DNA from: a virus
IMG/VR virus record: IMGVR_UViG_3300037153_000606
DNA length: 64,000 bases
Strand: one strand, 5' to 3'
In this document: one piece after another, positions 37,101 through 48,800 of the stretch
Numbering within the stretch: position 1 is the stretch's first letter
How the letters are laid out: each line of letters starts with the position of its first letter
Translations under genes and position numbers: made by a program
Notes under the pieces: generated by a model
What the model saw: only the letters and a program-made list of their open reading frames with translations
Database searches by the model: none
Told to the model about the DNA's origin: nothing

Positions 37101-37874
37101 ATGGCCGCCGCATCCTGCCAACTGGGCGACCTGCGCTGGCGGGTGAATCCGACCAACATCAGCTGGAACTACCAGCTGGACACCGCCGTGATCGAGACGC
37201 TGGGCGGTCAGGTGGTGCAGATCCTCGGGGCGACCTTGGGTGATCTGACCATCTCCGGCGACTTCGGCCAGAAGTGGATCTCGGCCACCGGCAAGGGCAG
37301 CAGCGCGGACTCCTGGGAACTGGCCAACGCGTTCCACACCAAGATCAAGGGGATGATGGACGCCCAGTCCTCCATCCCGTTCATCAAGGGTTCCGGGGCC
37401 GGGCGCACGGTCAAGGCCGAACAGGCCTTCGTGCACAAGCCGTATGCGTTCACCTACTCCGACGACCTGCACACCTGGAACTTCAAGGTGCTGATCAAGG
37501 CCATCGCGGACGCCGACGGCGACGGCAGTTCGATCAGCTACTCCAACGGCAAGTACAACCAGCGCTACCAGCTCACCCTGTTCATCGTGCAGGCCGACTC
37601 CGACGTGGTGAAGACGATCGCCTCGGACGCGTTCATCGCCCGCATCGCGAAGGGCATCGGATGGCGCAAGTCGGGCGGCTTCCACGGTTCGGTGACCGCC
37701 CAGCAGGCCCAGGACATCATCCTGGCCAATGGCGGCACGATCAGCCAGATGCTGGCCCAGACCCTGGGCGGGCAGCCGATCAAGATCCCGGCCAGTACCA
37801 CTCCGCCGACGTCGAGTCGTAAGTCGGCGTCCGATTCGAGTAGAGGGGTCGGACGCGGTGTACGGGCCATCTAG
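37101..37874 (+). CDS. Tail/baseplate protein
   Basis: RVNPTNISWNY..ETLGGQVVQILG; synteny. Confidence 0.65.
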   Translation: MAAASCQLGDLRWRVNPTNISWNYQLDTAVIETLGGQVVQILGATLGDLTISGDFGQKWISATGKGSSADSWELANAFHTKIKGMMDAQSSIPFIKGSGAGRTVKAEQAFVHKPYAFTYSDDLHTWNFKVLIKAIADADGDGSSISYSNGKYNQRYQLTLFIVQADSDVVKTIASDAFIARIAKGIGWRKSGGFHGSVTAQQAQDIILANGGTISQMLAQTLGGQPIKIPASTTPPTSSRKSASDSSRGVGRGVRAI

Positions 37875-37883
37875 GAGGAACCG

Positions 37884-38081
37884 ATGACCAACCCGCTGGT
37901 CAACACCTGGGGGTGCGATGTGCCGGTGAGCATGCCCGAGCCGGTCGAGTTCGATCCCGACGTCGCCGCCGACATGGGTAGTCATGTGTTCACGCCGGAC
38001 GGGCTGCGGATCGCGTTGAACAAGGCCACCCTGCAGGAGACGTTCGCGCCGACTTACGCACCGCCGTCGAGGGTTCGATGA
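37884..38081 (+). CDS. Small hypothetical protein
   Basis: AGGAGG RBS; ATGA overlap with next gene. Confidence 0.65.
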   Translation: MTNPLVNTWGCDVPVSMPEPVEFDPDVAADMGSHVFTPDGLRIALNKATLQETFAPTYAPPSRVR

Positions 38082-38806
38082 GCAACGCAGTCACCGGCGT
38101 CACGGGCAACCCGTCACTCGCGATCGCGCCGATCTCACCTAAAGGGCACCGGGGCGGCAACGCCAACATGGCGCTGACCTACACCTACCAGGGCGTCTAC
38201 TACAGCGCGATGGTGCGCTGCACCAAACTCGCGATCAGTTACTCGCTCAACTCCGAGGAGAGCCATTCCCGCCAGACCAAGGCGTTCTACCCGCACCGGC
38301 GCGCGCAAGGCCAGTTCGCCATCACCCTGGCTCTGGTCGGCTGGAATGAGTACTCCCAGGCGATGGGATGGTTCACCCGGTTCGCCCGGCAGGCGCTCGC
38401 CATGTCCAGCAACGACCCGGCGCTGTGGGTGGAGGTGTCGATGCCGTCCCGCAAGTTCACCCGCTGGGGGATCCCTACCACCGGGATGAACTTCGGTGAT
38501 CACACGGCCTCGATGGTCTTCTCGCCGACCATCACCTTCATCTCGGTGCGTGACCCGAACGACCCATCCACGGCGATCCTGTCTGGTCGCGCCAACCAGA
38601 TCTCCCGGCAGAGCAATGCCGGGATCGACCCGCTCGCAGTGAGCTTTTTTTATCCCTCGTCGGCGGTCAACACGCCCGGCAAGCTCGATGAGAGCCTGTA
38701 CGGCCCGACCGGGGCGCTACCGGCACTGCCCACAGATCAGGCCCAGCAACAAGTCTCGCCGAGCAGCCCGTCCCAGGGCATCGGGCGGGGCGTGTACGAG
38801 GAGTAA
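38078..38806 (+). CDS. Tail/baseplate protein
   Basis: 242 aa in tail operon; C-terminal GIGRGV resembles GVGRGV at the end of the 37101 gene. Confidence 0.65.
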   Translation: MSNAVTGVTGNPSLAIAPISPKGHRGGNANMALTYTYQGVYYSAMVRCTKLAISYSLNSEESHSRQTKAFYPHRRAQGQFAITLALVGWNEYSQAMGWFTRFARQALAMSSNDPALWVEVSMPSRKFTRWGIPTTGMNFGDHTASMVFSPTITFISVRDPNDPSTAILSGRANQISRQSNAGIDPLAVSFFYPSSAVNTPGKLDESLYGPTGALPALPTDQAQQQVSPSSPSQGIGRGVYEE

Positions 38807-38812
38807 TCGATC

Positions 38813-41440
38813 TTGGCCACGCTCATTTACACTCCGGCAATTAGGGCGCACATCGCGCCCAGCAAGGGCGGCATCATCGACATCAGCGAGGACTTGGTGT
38901 CCTGGACGCTGATCCTGCGCGAGAACGCCCCGCACACCTTCACCTTCAAGCTGCAGAACAGCCAGCGCAAGTACGACGGGACGTTCCTGCCGATGGACCG
39001 GATCTCCATCGGCCTGAAGCGGATCAACTGGCTGCAGTGCTTCACCGGCTATCTCAACGATTCGCCGATCTTCCAGGCGTGGCCGGGCACCCTGGACCTG
39101 ACCGCCACCTGCACCCTCAAGGTGCCGTTGTTCTACTACTGGGACCCGAACACCAAAGAAGGCATCGCGCTGATCACGAAGTCGCTGGCCAAGATGAAAT
39201 CGCCGGACCAGGTGGTGGGCGACCGGGGCCTGTCCGGGCTGATCGTGGATTCGCTGACCCAGGTGGTGAAGTGGCCGCAGAAGCGCATCCACATCGGCCA
39301 GGTGCCCAACACCTGGCTCAAGATCGCCACCAAAGTGGGCCAGCAGATCGAGGAGGACACGGCGGTCTACGAGAAGCTCGGCGTCGGCTACACGATCAAC
39401 GGCACCTCCTCCGACGCGGCGGTGAACATCCCGGTGGGTGGCAATCTGAACGCCACTCAGGCCAAGCGTGCCTCGCAGATCTACAGCGCCCTGATCGGGC
39501 CGCTGAAGATCACCGACACGCCGCTGCAGGTGATGACGTTCATGTGCGCGCTGGTCGAGTCCGGACTGAAGATGTACGCCAACTCCAACAACCCGGAGTC
39601 GATGAAGATCGACCATGACGCGGTCGGCTCGGACCACGGGTCGGTCGGGCTGTACCAGCAGCAGGTCGGCGGCGCGCCGAACTCGACAGCGGACTGGGGA
39701 ACCACCCAGGAGCTGATGGACCCAGTTACTTCGACGAAGAAGTTCACCGACCGGCTCAAGAGTGCGGTCAAGGGCGCGCAGTACAACCCGCAGGGACTGT
39801 CGGACGAATCCCAATGGGGGGCCTACGTCCAAACGGTGCAGGGCTCGGCCTATCCGGACCGCTACCAGGAGCAGCTGGGGGCGGCGAAGGCGATCGTGGC
39901 CAGTGCACAGAAGGTGACGTCAACCTCCGGAACGGGTGCGGCAGCGTCCACGCCGTTCGGCACCTCCGACATCGGCACCTCCGACGTGGCCGAGTCCACC
40001 GGCAACCAGGTTGCCAAAGTGGCCTCGAACTTGATCCAGACGCACGCCGCGTCCAAGAAGTGGATCATCTATGTGCTCGGCGGTGACGATCCGGACCACA
40101 CCGACATCGGCGCGGTGACCAAACTGGACTGTTCTTCGCTGGTGGATTGGGTGTACTACCACTCCACCGGCGGTAAGCACCTATTCGCTTCCGGTGGCGG
40201 GCGTTCGAATGTGGGGTCGATCCTGAACACCTGCCAACGGCTCAACCGCACCATTCCCGTCGACTTGGCCGCGTACGTGCGCGGTGCAGTGCTCATTCAC
40301 GGGCCCAACGAACACATCGGTGTGTCGCTGGGCAACGGTGCCGACCACGTGGCCGCACATTGCCCCTACCCGGATCCGTCCAAGGACGTCGACATCTCTC
40401 CGATCGCCGGGAACGGGTTCACCATCGGCGGACTATTGCCGGACGTCGACTACTCCGGGTCGGCCACCACCCAGGCCGCCGCCAATCAGCTCAAGTCGAT
40501 CATGAAGTACTCGAATGTCACGGTTGCACCGAAGGATCTCTCGCTAGTGCCCGATCCGTCCCAGACCAGTGCCGGGGTGTCTGACCCGACTTCCGGCCAG
40601 GTCGACCCGTTCCAGTCGCTGGTCAACGGCATCTACTTCAACGGGCAGAACGCCAACACCCTGGGCTCGTTGTTCGGCGGCCCGATCATGATGATGAACA
40701 CCCAGCCGTTCCTGCCGTGGTTGCAGAACCTGGTGGCCAGCTCGATGCGCTCGTTCTGCTCGGCCCCGAACGGCGACTTCATCGCCTGGTTCCCGGACTA
40801 TTTCGGGCTGTGGAAGACCGCCGCGATCATGAACATTGAGCCGATCGAGCTGCAGAACTTCGCGGTCTACTGGTCCGACCAGCAGATCGTCACGCACCAG
40901 TACGTGATCGGCAACATCGGGGAGTCCGCGTTCGACCCGGCTTCCGGGGGACTGGGCTGGATGAACGACACCGTCACCGACCTCGCCGCGCTGGCGCGGG
41001 GCAGCTCCGGGGTGGCCACCATGGACTACCCGGAGATCTTCGAGGTGATCTACAACGACAAGAGCAAGGGGGCCGACTCGGGCTTCATCCAGGCGTTCTT
41101 GCAACGCTTCGGGGCCCGCCCGCACACCGACCAGATGCCCAATATCGCCAAGGGCAAGGCAGAGTTCTTCTACGCGCTGTACCGCTTCATGCAGAGCTGG
41201 GCCGGGCAGTTCACCGCCACGATGCCGACCACCTTCATGCCCGAGGTATTCCCCGGGATGCTGGTGCGGATCCCGGACTACGGGTTCCAGGCCTACGTGC
41301 AGGGCGTGCAGCACCAGGGCGTGTACGGGCAGGGCGGCGGCTTCACCACCCAGATCTCGATCTGCGCCCCGTCCACCATCGGCACCAAGAACAACAACAC
41401 CATGCTGGCGTGGTTGCCGAATGCGGCGGCGAGTTTGTAA
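38813..41440 (+). CDS. Baseplate hub with lysozyme-like and NlpC/P60 peptidoglycan hydrolase domains
   Basis: TTG start, GAGGAG RBS; ALVES..SVGLYQQ..WG..MDP; LDCSSLV..HIGVSLG..H. Confidence 0.8.
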   Translation: MATLIYTPAIRAHIAPSKGGIIDISEDLVSWTLILRENAPHTFTFKLQNSQRKYDGTFLPMDRISIGLKRINWLQCFTGYLNDSPIFQAWPGTLDLTATCTLKVPLFYYWDPNTKEGIALITKSLAKMKSPDQVVGDRGLSGLIVDSLTQVVKWPQKRIHIGQVPNTWLKIATKVGQQIEEDTAVYEKLGVGYTINGTSSDAAVNIPVGGNLNATQAKRASQIYSALIGPLKITDTPLQVMTFMCALVESGLKMYANSNNPESMKIDHDAVGSDHGSVGLYQQQVGGAPNSTADWGTTQELMDPVTSTKKFTDRLKSAVKGAQYNPQGLSDESQWGAYVQTVQGSAYPDRYQEQLGAAKAIVASAQKVTSTSGTGAAASTPFGTSDIGTSDVAESTGNQVAKVASNLIQTHAASKKWIIYVLGGDDPDHTDIGAVTKLDCSSLVDWVYYHSTGGKHLFASGGGRSNVGSILNTCQRLNRTIPVDLAAYVRGAVLIHGPNEHIGVSLGNGADHVAAHCPYPDPSKDVDISPIAGNGFTIGGLLPDVDYSGSATTQAAANQLKSIMKYSNVTVAPKDLSLVPDPSQTSAGVSDPTSGQVDPFQSLVNGIYFNGQNANTLGSLFGGPIMMMNTQPFLPWLQNLVASSMRSFCSAPNGDFIAWFPDYFGLWKTAAIMNIEPIELQNFAVYWSDQQIVTHQYVIGNIGESAFDPASGGLGWMNDTVTDLAALARGSSGVATMDYPEIFEVIYNDKSKGADSGFIQAFLQRFGARPHTDQMPNIAKGKAEFFYALYRFMQSWAGQFTATMPTTFMPEVFPGMLVRIPDYGFQAYVQGVQHQGVYGQGGGFTTQISICAPSTIGTKNNNTMLAWLPNAAASL

Positions 41441-42141
41441 TGGCCACCAAGACGGCCGTCGTCAAGCTGCCTTCGACGACATCGACCTCTGGGTCCGGAG
41501 CGGCCATCTCCACCGGGAAGATCATCTCGGTGGTCGGCAATGTGGCCCAGGTCCGGCTGTCTATCGGAAACCAGGTCGTCCAGGTACGTACCGACCTACT
41601 GCGGGCTAAAGGGGTCGCCCCGAAGACCGGGGAGAACTGGATCCTCGACCAGCAGTTCGGGGTCGGCTGGTGCCTGGCGGCCATTGCCAGCTATCCCGGC
41701 CTGGACGCGGCGGCGTGGGCCGCCCCGGTGTTGCTCGGGAGCTGGGTCAACGCCTCCACCGCGCCGTGGACCAACAGCAACGGCACGTACGCCCCGGCAG
41801 GGTGGCTCCGGGACGATCTGGGCTGGGTGAGCCTGCGCGGCACGGTCACCGGCGGTACGGCGTCAGCATCCAATGCGGCCGGGCCGCTTCCCGCCGACAT
41901 CATGCAGCTCCCGGACGGCTACCGACCACCGCTGGACGGGCAGCTCCGCTTCCCGGTGGGTGCCGGGGCCAGTTCGACCGGTGTGGTGATGGTGCGCCCG
42001 GACGGCTTCGTGCGGGCCATGGCCGGAGCGACGCCGATCTCATTGGACGGGATCCGGTTCCGCTACGTCCAGCAGGCCGTCTACAACGTGAGCTTCACTC
42101 CGACAGTTACCCTCAGCGCGTCGGGGCAGCGCAAGGTCTGA
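41440..42141 (+). CDS. Baseplate spike-like / minor tail protein
   Basis: OB-like N-terminus (PKTGENWIL); V.LRG.V..LPDGYRP tip module. Confidence 0.6.
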   Translation: MATKTAVVKLPSTTSTSGSGAAISTGKIISVVGNVAQVRLSIGNQVVQVRTDLLRAKGVAPKTGENWILDQQFGVGWCLAAIASYPGLDAAAWAAPVLLGSWVNASTAPWTNSNGTYAPAGWLRDDLGWVSLRGTVTGGTASASNAAGPLPADIMQLPDGYRPPLDGQLRFPVGAGASSTGVVMVRPDGFVRAMAGATPISLDGIRFRYVQQAVYNVSFTPTVTLSASGQRKV

Positions 42142-42143
42142 GT

Positions 42144-42175
42144 CCTGGCGTCTCTCCGGATCGGCCCGCGAAGTA
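42144..42175 (+). promoter_or_regulatory. Putative late promoter
   Basis: CCTG 42144, GAAGTA 42170. Confidence 0.6.
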
Positions 42176-42205
42176 TGGAAGGGCTCGGGACAGGAGGCGC
42201 GTGCC

Positions 42206-42634
42206 GTGCAGACGCTGGCGGTCGTCGATGGCGATTTGGTGCTCAACGCCGGAAGCATCCTGACCATCTCCGGGCCTAACAAGATCAAGCAGGACCTGTA
42301 CTTCGCACTGCACGAGGCCTACGGTGCCGATCCGTACCACCCGACCTGGGGGACCGTATTGGACCAGTTCATCGGGCTGCCGCAGACGCCTGCGGTGCGT
42401 CAGAGCGCCATCAACGAGGTGAGCCGGGTCCTCGACAACTACGTGGCGGTGCAGTCGGACCAGATCAACTCCTACACCGCCACTGACAACCGGTCCGGCT
42501 TCTACGCCTCCGACGTGGTCCGTTCCGTCGACTCGATCGACGTCCAGGGGATGGGGCCCAATATCATGATCACGGCGAACCTCACCACGATGGCGGGCCA
42601 GCAGCTCAGTGCGCAGCGTGAGGTGGGCAGCTGA
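42206..42634 (+). CDS. Baseplate wedge protein (gp25-like)
   Basis: GDL..KIKQDL..YHPTWGTVLDQFIG. Confidence 0.8.
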   Translation: MQTLAVVDGDLVLNAGSILTISGPNKIKQDLYFALHEAYGADPYHPTWGTVLDQFIGLPQTPAVRQSAINEVSRVLDNYVAVQSDQINSYTATDNRSGFYASDVVRSVDSIDVQGMGPNIMITANLTTMAGQQLSAQREVGS

Positions 42635-44526
42635 TGCCGACCACTGCCGAGATCGCCTCGAACATCGTCGCCTCGCTGGCGTTGACCGAACCCACTCTGG
42701 ACACCTCGGTCGGCTCGGTCACCCGCAAGATCATCGATGCGGTGTCCGGAGTGCTCTCCGAGCAGTCCTCGGACAACCACCTGATCACTTACACCTACGA
42801 CATCGACTCCAAGACCGGTGCGGACCTGGACGACTTCTGCGCACTGTTCGGGATCAAGCGGTTCACCGGTAACCGGGCCACCGGGATCTGCACGTTCTCA
42901 CGCCCGGCCGACACCGCCTCCACCACCGTCGCCTCGGTGCCGATGGGCACCCAGGTTTCCTCCGCAACGGCAACGCCGGTCAGTTTCCAGACCGTCATGT
43001 CGGCCACCCTCGGGCTCGGCCAGCTGGCCGTCGACATCCCGGTGCAGGCGTTCTCCTCCGGCCCCAGTGGCAACGTCGCAGCAGGCACCCTGGTGAACCT
43101 CGCATCGTCCTTGGACGGCATCGGCACCGTGAACAATGCCCAGCCGTGCGTCGGCGGCACCAACGACGAGACCGATGACCAGCTGCGCACCCGGTTCAAG
43201 GCGACCGTGTTCCAGAGCCTGGCCGGAACCCAGCAGATGTACCGGGGCATGGCCCTCAAGACCCAGGCCGACCCGACCGATCCGACCTCGCTGGCCGTCA
43301 CCGCCGCCAACGTCATCGGCCCCCGGATGACCTACAACGAGCAGGTGGCCATCCAAGCCGACGGGACGGCCATGTCCTCGATCCCGGACGCCGCGTTCAT
43401 CTACTCGGCCTCGGTGTACCTGGGTGCGGACATCGCCGGAGGCTTGGTCGAACCGCAAGGGGCCAACCAGTCCTACACGGTGACCATCAACAACGCCGTC
43501 TTCCCGGCCACACTGAAGGTCACCGCCGTCTCCGGCGGGCCGCTGGTTGTCGGCACGGTCTGGGATCTGCAGTTCGACTACGTCTCGAAGTTCTCCCGCA
43601 ACGACCCGTTCGGCACCCGGTGGGCGGGCGGGTCCTACATCTCCACCCGGGTCGACCTGTGGGTCAACGGGCTGATCACCAGGCAGTTCACCCAGTCCTG
43701 CGTGTACTCCACCGACGCGTCACTGACCTTCGTCACCGACACCCCGCACCAGGGCCCGATGGACCCCACCCGGTTCTCGCTGCTCAACGGCAGCCAACCG
43801 GTCGCCGGAGATTTCTTCACCCCGCTGCTGGCCGGGCCGATCCTGTGGGTACCCACCACGCTGCAGGATGCCGCCGCGAAGACCTACACGCTGGGCACGC
43901 ACTACGACATCGTGCATCAGTCCGACGCGTTCGGGTATTCACCGACCTCGAAGTTCGGTCTGGTCTGGCACCATGCCGCCTCGGCACTACCGGCCAACGG
44001 CACCAAGTTCACCCTGACCTACAACTACAACCGGGTACCCACCCAGATCCAGAACGACATCGAGTCGCAGTGGCGGCTGCTGGGCACCGACATGCAGGTG
44101 CACGGCGGCATCGCCAAGTACTACCGGTACCATCTGGCGGTCGTGTACAACCCGGGCACGTCCACCCCCACGGTGAACCTGGACATCAACACCGCGCTGT
44201 TCAACCTGGTCAACTCGCTCGGGTTCCGGTCTGCCCTGCAGGTCTCGGACATCTTGCAGGCAGTGCACAACGTGGCCGGAGTGGACAACGTGCGGTTCCT
44301 GACCAGCACCGACGACCCGACGAACTACGGCATCCAGCAGCTGTACCGCGATCCGCTCTATCCGAGCACCGGGCACACCACCCCGGCCATCACCGGCCCG
44401 ATCAGCGCGGTCGGCGGGCGCGCCGCCGACGTCTACTTCGACGACGCCAGCTACCCGCAGTTCGATCCGACACTGAGCCCGGTCCGGATCGTGGTTAAGG
44501 CGAGAAACACGTTTGGTGTCAGCTGA
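42634..44526 (+). CDS. Baseplate J-like protein
   Basis: GADLDDFCALFGIKR..ATG..TF; GPSGNVAAG; GGTNDETDDQLRTR. Confidence 0.9.
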   Translation: MPTTAEIASNIVASLALTEPTLDTSVGSVTRKIIDAVSGVLSEQSSDNHLITYTYDIDSKTGADLDDFCALFGIKRFTGNRATGICTFSRPADTASTTVASVPMGTQVSSATATPVSFQTVMSATLGLGQLAVDIPVQAFSSGPSGNVAAGTLVNLASSLDGIGTVNNAQPCVGGTNDETDDQLRTRFKATVFQSLAGTQQMYRGMALKTQADPTDPTSLAVTAANVIGPRMTYNEQVAIQADGTAMSSIPDAAFIYSASVYLGADIAGGLVEPQGANQSYTVTINNAVFPATLKVTAVSGGPLVVGTVWDLQFDYVSKFSRNDPFGTRWAGGSYISTRVDLWVNGLITRQFTQSCVYSTDASLTFVTDTPHQGPMDPTRFSLLNGSQPVAGDFFTPLLAGPILWVPTTLQDAAAKTYTLGTHYDIVHQSDAFGYSPTSKFGLVWHHAASALPANGTKFTLTYNYNRVPTQIQNDIESQWRLLGTDMQVHGGIAKYYRYHLAVVYNPGTSTPTVNLDINTALFNLVNSLGFRSALQVSDILQAVHNVAGVDNVRFLTSTDDPTNYGIQQLYRDPLYPSTGHTTPAITGPISAVGGRAADVYFDDASYPQFDPTLSPVRIVVKARNTFGVS

Positions 44527-45803
44527 TGGCCGTCATCCAGAACGTCAACGAGGCACCGTCGTTCTTCGCCACCCAGTCCCAGAGCGACGTTTCCGACGAT
44601 CTGATCACCTCGCAGGTCGACCCGACCCAGCCGCAGGTCAACGGGCTGTCCAGCTACACCGACCCGCTGGTGGTCGACCACACGGTCAAGTCCCGGTTGC
44701 CGAACTTCGACCCCACCCTGTACAACCTCGATCCATCCAGTCACCTGATGCACTTCCTCGGTGCACTGCTCGGAGTGGCCGGGGTCGGCGGGCTGCGCCG
44801 CCAGCAGACCATCAACCGGATGTCGGGCACCATGGCGGGGGCGCACTTCCTGGACCTCGACGGGTTCTGGGGCGCGTTGTTCGGGGCGTACCGGATGTCC
44901 GACGAGCAGATCCCCGAAGTGGACGGGGCGATCCTCGACCCGGCCGTCTCGGTCGCCGACCCGGAGACCTGGGACGCTGCTCGCAGCCGGGACGGCAAGA
45001 TGCGCTCCCGGATCGTCCAACTGGCCGCCGGGTTCGCCCAGGGAGCCACTTACTCGGGAGTCCGGATGGCCGCCGAGGCGGTGCTGGGCAGCGAGGTGGA
45101 CGTCTCGGAATCGTGGATGATCGTGGACACGCTGCCACCGGGGCATGCATCCACCGTGCAGCCCAACACCTATTTCGCGGTGCAGTCGCAGTACCACACC
45201 TACGACGAGATGAAGGGCAACCGGTGGTCCGCCCTGCAGGGCGGGTACGTCGTGCCGGGCAACACCCCGCTGGGCAACCGGGGCGAGGTGGTGATCACCC
45301 CGAAGCGGGCGATCAGCGACGAGGAACGCATCCAGGTCGCGCACGTGCTGCAGGATCTCGCCCCGGCCGGGGTAGTGATCACCGTGCTGGCCACTCCGGC
45401 GGTGGCGCACCGCGAGGTGCTGCCCCGTTTCGTCTACGCCGACTCCTCGGACTGGTCGGTCACCTCCGTCATCGCCTCCTACCAGAACGTCGAAGACTTC
45501 GGCGATGTCATCTACCCGAGTGTGGACGGTGCGAACGCGGCCAGCCGCCCGGCGTTGAGCCAGTACAGCGGCGAGCGCTGGAACTACAACTCGCGGGTGG
45601 CTGCGGTCACCGCCTACCAGATGGTCAACAACGCGCAGTCCAGCACGGCGGTGGATGCCCAGACCATCCTCTACGCCGACGGCACGGCCCATGAGTACGC
45701 CCCGACGCTGGCCATGTTGGACCCGAAGCAGGGGGCGTTGATCCGCACCGGGACCGAGGGTGTGCTCACCAGCTACCCGTACGCGGCCGGGCGGTTCGGA
45801 TGA
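44526..45803 (+). CDS. Baseplate wedge (tail protein I-like)
   Basis: Follows J; LDGFWGALFG..R; LQDLAPAG. Confidence 0.7.
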   Translation: MAVIQNVNEAPSFFATQSQSDVSDDLITSQVDPTQPQVNGLSSYTDPLVVDHTVKSRLPNFDPTLYNLDPSSHLMHFLGALLGVAGVGGLRRQQTINRMSGTMAGAHFLDLDGFWGALFGAYRMSDEQIPEVDGAILDPAVSVADPETWDAARSRDGKMRSRIVQLAAGFAQGATYSGVRMAAEAVLGSEVDVSESWMIVDTLPPGHASTVQPNTYFAVQSQYHTYDEMKGNRWSALQGGYVVPGNTPLGNRGEVVITPKRAISDEERIQVAHVLQDLAPAGVVITVLATPAVAHREVLPRFVYADSSDWSVTSVIASYQNVEDFGDVIYPSVDGANAASRPALSQYSGERWNYNSRVAAVTAYQMVNNAQSSTAVDAQTILYADGTAHEYAPTLAMLDPKQGALIRTGTEGVLTSYPYAAGRFG

Positions 45804-48800
45804 CGTCGCCTCCGGCGGTCAACCCGGTCGGCACCGTCACGGCCCTCGCGCCGCTGTTCGTCGACCACTCCGATCTGGGCATCTTCAGCCAAGCGGTCAA
45901 CGCCACGATGCAGACCAGCCCCGGCGCGCGACAGCTGGCCGGACAGATGTTCTGGTCCACCGACGCACGCCCGGCCGACTCGCCGGTTCAGGAGACGCTG
46001 GAGATCTCGCTGTCCTCCACCCGGTTGGTGAACTGGATCAAGTTCGACATCTCGATCTTCCCGACCCTGATGGCGATCCAGTACTACGACGCGGCCAGCA
46101 ACAACTGGCTGCCGCTACTGGACCAGTTCGGCCAGCCCTATCAGCAAATGATCATGCGGTCGATCCCGGTGCAGCTGCCCAACCCGGTCAACGTGCCCGG
46201 TCACCTGCACCCCCAGCACTCCTTCGTGGGGCACTGGCGGTCGGTGTCGCAGCGGCTCAAGCCGACCTATCTGCAGCGGCTGCGATTCGTGCTGCAGCGA
46301 CTCAACAATGGTCTGGGACCGGTGAGCCCCCTGGGTGACCAGGTGCCCTACTCGCTGGCGCTGCGCAGCATCACCTTCGGTTACGAGGTCGCCACTCGCG
46401 CCGATGTGCCGCGCACCCTGCCGGTCGACGACACCTACAACCAGTCCTTCGCCTCCACCGATGACCTGCTCGGTTCTGCGATCGCGTTCTCGCTGCGTGA
46501 TCCGGTGGTCAACCGGATCGTCGACAACACCGACACTGACGCGGATGCGATCTGGGTATGTGAACCGCAGCCCTATCCCGGAGCGGTGGTGTGCTTCTAC
46601 GCCGACCTGCGCGACGCCACCGGGAATCCGCAACTGATCGACCAGATCTACATCAACCCGGTTTCCTCCGGGGCACACGTCACCGTCTACGTGTCCAACG
46701 ACCTCACGGTCGGCGGTTTCGATTCGCCCACCACCCCGTTGGACATCACCCAGGTGCAGACCGTCGGCACCACCCCGGTGACGATCCAGTACGGTCGCCT
46801 GCTCCATTTCGGTCAGTACGGCGAGCAGGCCGCGCTGGCCATCACCAATGTGCCGTTGGATGTGAACGACCCGGCCATGCGGCACAAGGCGGTGCTCGGT
46901 TACGACCCCACATTGCCGTGGTGGTTCGGGGTGACCGTGAGCCCCGGTTTCGACCAGGGGGTGGACACCGCCGAGCACCCGATCTTCGACTGTGGGGTAT
47001 GGCGGCTCTCGCTCACCGCCGACGGGGTGACGCTGATTTTCGCCGACGGGGATGCGCACATCTGCCCGATTACCTACCAGGGGTTGCAGGACACCTCGGT
47101 CGTGGTGAGTTACGACGGCGAGGGCACCTTCCACATGCACGCCCGCAACTCTTCCGACGACCAGACCGATGACTTCTGGGTGGTGCCGCTGCAGCCCACC
47201 CCGTCGCCGGTAGTGACTCTCGGGACCGATGTCGGGATGGAGTACTTCCTGAACTCCGACCTGACCTACATGGTGCTCAAGGAGGAGCTGGCCGACGGCA
47301 GCGACGGGTACTTGGACAACCCCGGCAGTTACTGCACGGTCGCCCAGTTCTCCGGCAACGACACGCCGCAGTCGCACAACGCACTGCTGCGCCTGGACCT
47401 GTCCGCGACCACCTTGATCGACGCCACCCACCCGTGGGGACTGTTCGGTGGCCCGAGCGCGCAGTACGAGAACCTGGTCTGGTCCCCGGTGCCGCGCGAC
47501 TTCGTGATGACACGCGGGTGGATGTACCTGCCGCCGACCGAGGCGCGCTTCGTCAAGCTGGAGATCACCAACCTGCAGGCGGTGCCTTATGACGTGGCGG
47601 TGGTGGGACCGCAGCAGGTGAAGACCTTCCCGCCCCAGGTGCTCGACGCCTACCGGGACCAGTTGATCAACACCGCGTCGGTGGTGCCGCCACTAGGGGC
47701 GGCCACCCAGATCTCGCTGTCTGGGACGGTGCCGTACGAGCTGCCGGTCTTCGTCTCCACCGGCGGCAACGGGGACCGGGGCTACACGAACACCGAGGTC
47801 TACATCTCCGACGACTACAGCGCCCAGGAGCGGCTGCGTGCGCTCAACGCGTCGGTGTGGAACTACCAGACTTGGCACGTGGGGATCCGGGCTCCCCGCT
47901 TCACGAGCGCCCAGGTGCATCGCTACACCCAGGAGACGATCACCCGCACCGGGAAGGTCGCCTACCAGTGCGGCCTGCGCCAGATCTCGTTCGCCTACTC
48001 CTCGTTCACCTCCCAGCAGGACACCGGGATGTACGAGGAGACGTTCTACTCCGATCGCAACATCAACAACGACCCCAACCAGACCAACATCGTCTATGAC
48101 CCTGATCTGGACGCGCTGTACTCCGGCGATACCACGACCAAGGCGAGCGCCACGTCGCTGGTCTACACGTCGTTGCGGGACGTGCGCGCGGTGCAGTTCG
48201 CGGTGCAACAGTCGCAGCCGGTGCAGCTGCTGCCCGACGACGAGTTCGAGGACCCGAGCTACTCGAACTGGACGCTGCTCGGCGATGTCGCACCGCCGCA
48301 GGAAGGGATCGTCACCTCGCCGGTGTTCGGTTCGCTGCTGCCGATCGACCGCCAGCTGGTGGGAGGGTTCTGGGCCGATATCGAGCCGGTGTACCACACC
48401 TGGGGCGGCATCACCGACCAGGGCAAGCTCTACAGCGATCTGGGGTCCAACGTCCCGAAGTCGGACGAGACCTACGGCGGGGTGGCCTCGGCCCCTGTCA
48501 CCCAACCGGCCGGTGGGCGGCTGTACGCGGCGGCACGGGTGGTCTCCGACCAGGACTTGTCCAGTCCGCTGTCGCTGCAAATCATGGACTCGGTCACCGG
48601 CCAGCCGTTGGCCGAAAAGTCGATCAACGTGAAGGCCAACCAGGTGACCGAGTGGTACGTCGGGTACACCGTCGGCGAGGGCGGTGAGACCACCGCCAAT
48701 ACGTGGGGCGATTTGACTGGTGCCTACCTGAACAACTTCCCGTCGTTCTCGGACAGCTTCCAGCGCGCCGACTCCACATCGCTGGGGCTGATGGACTCCG

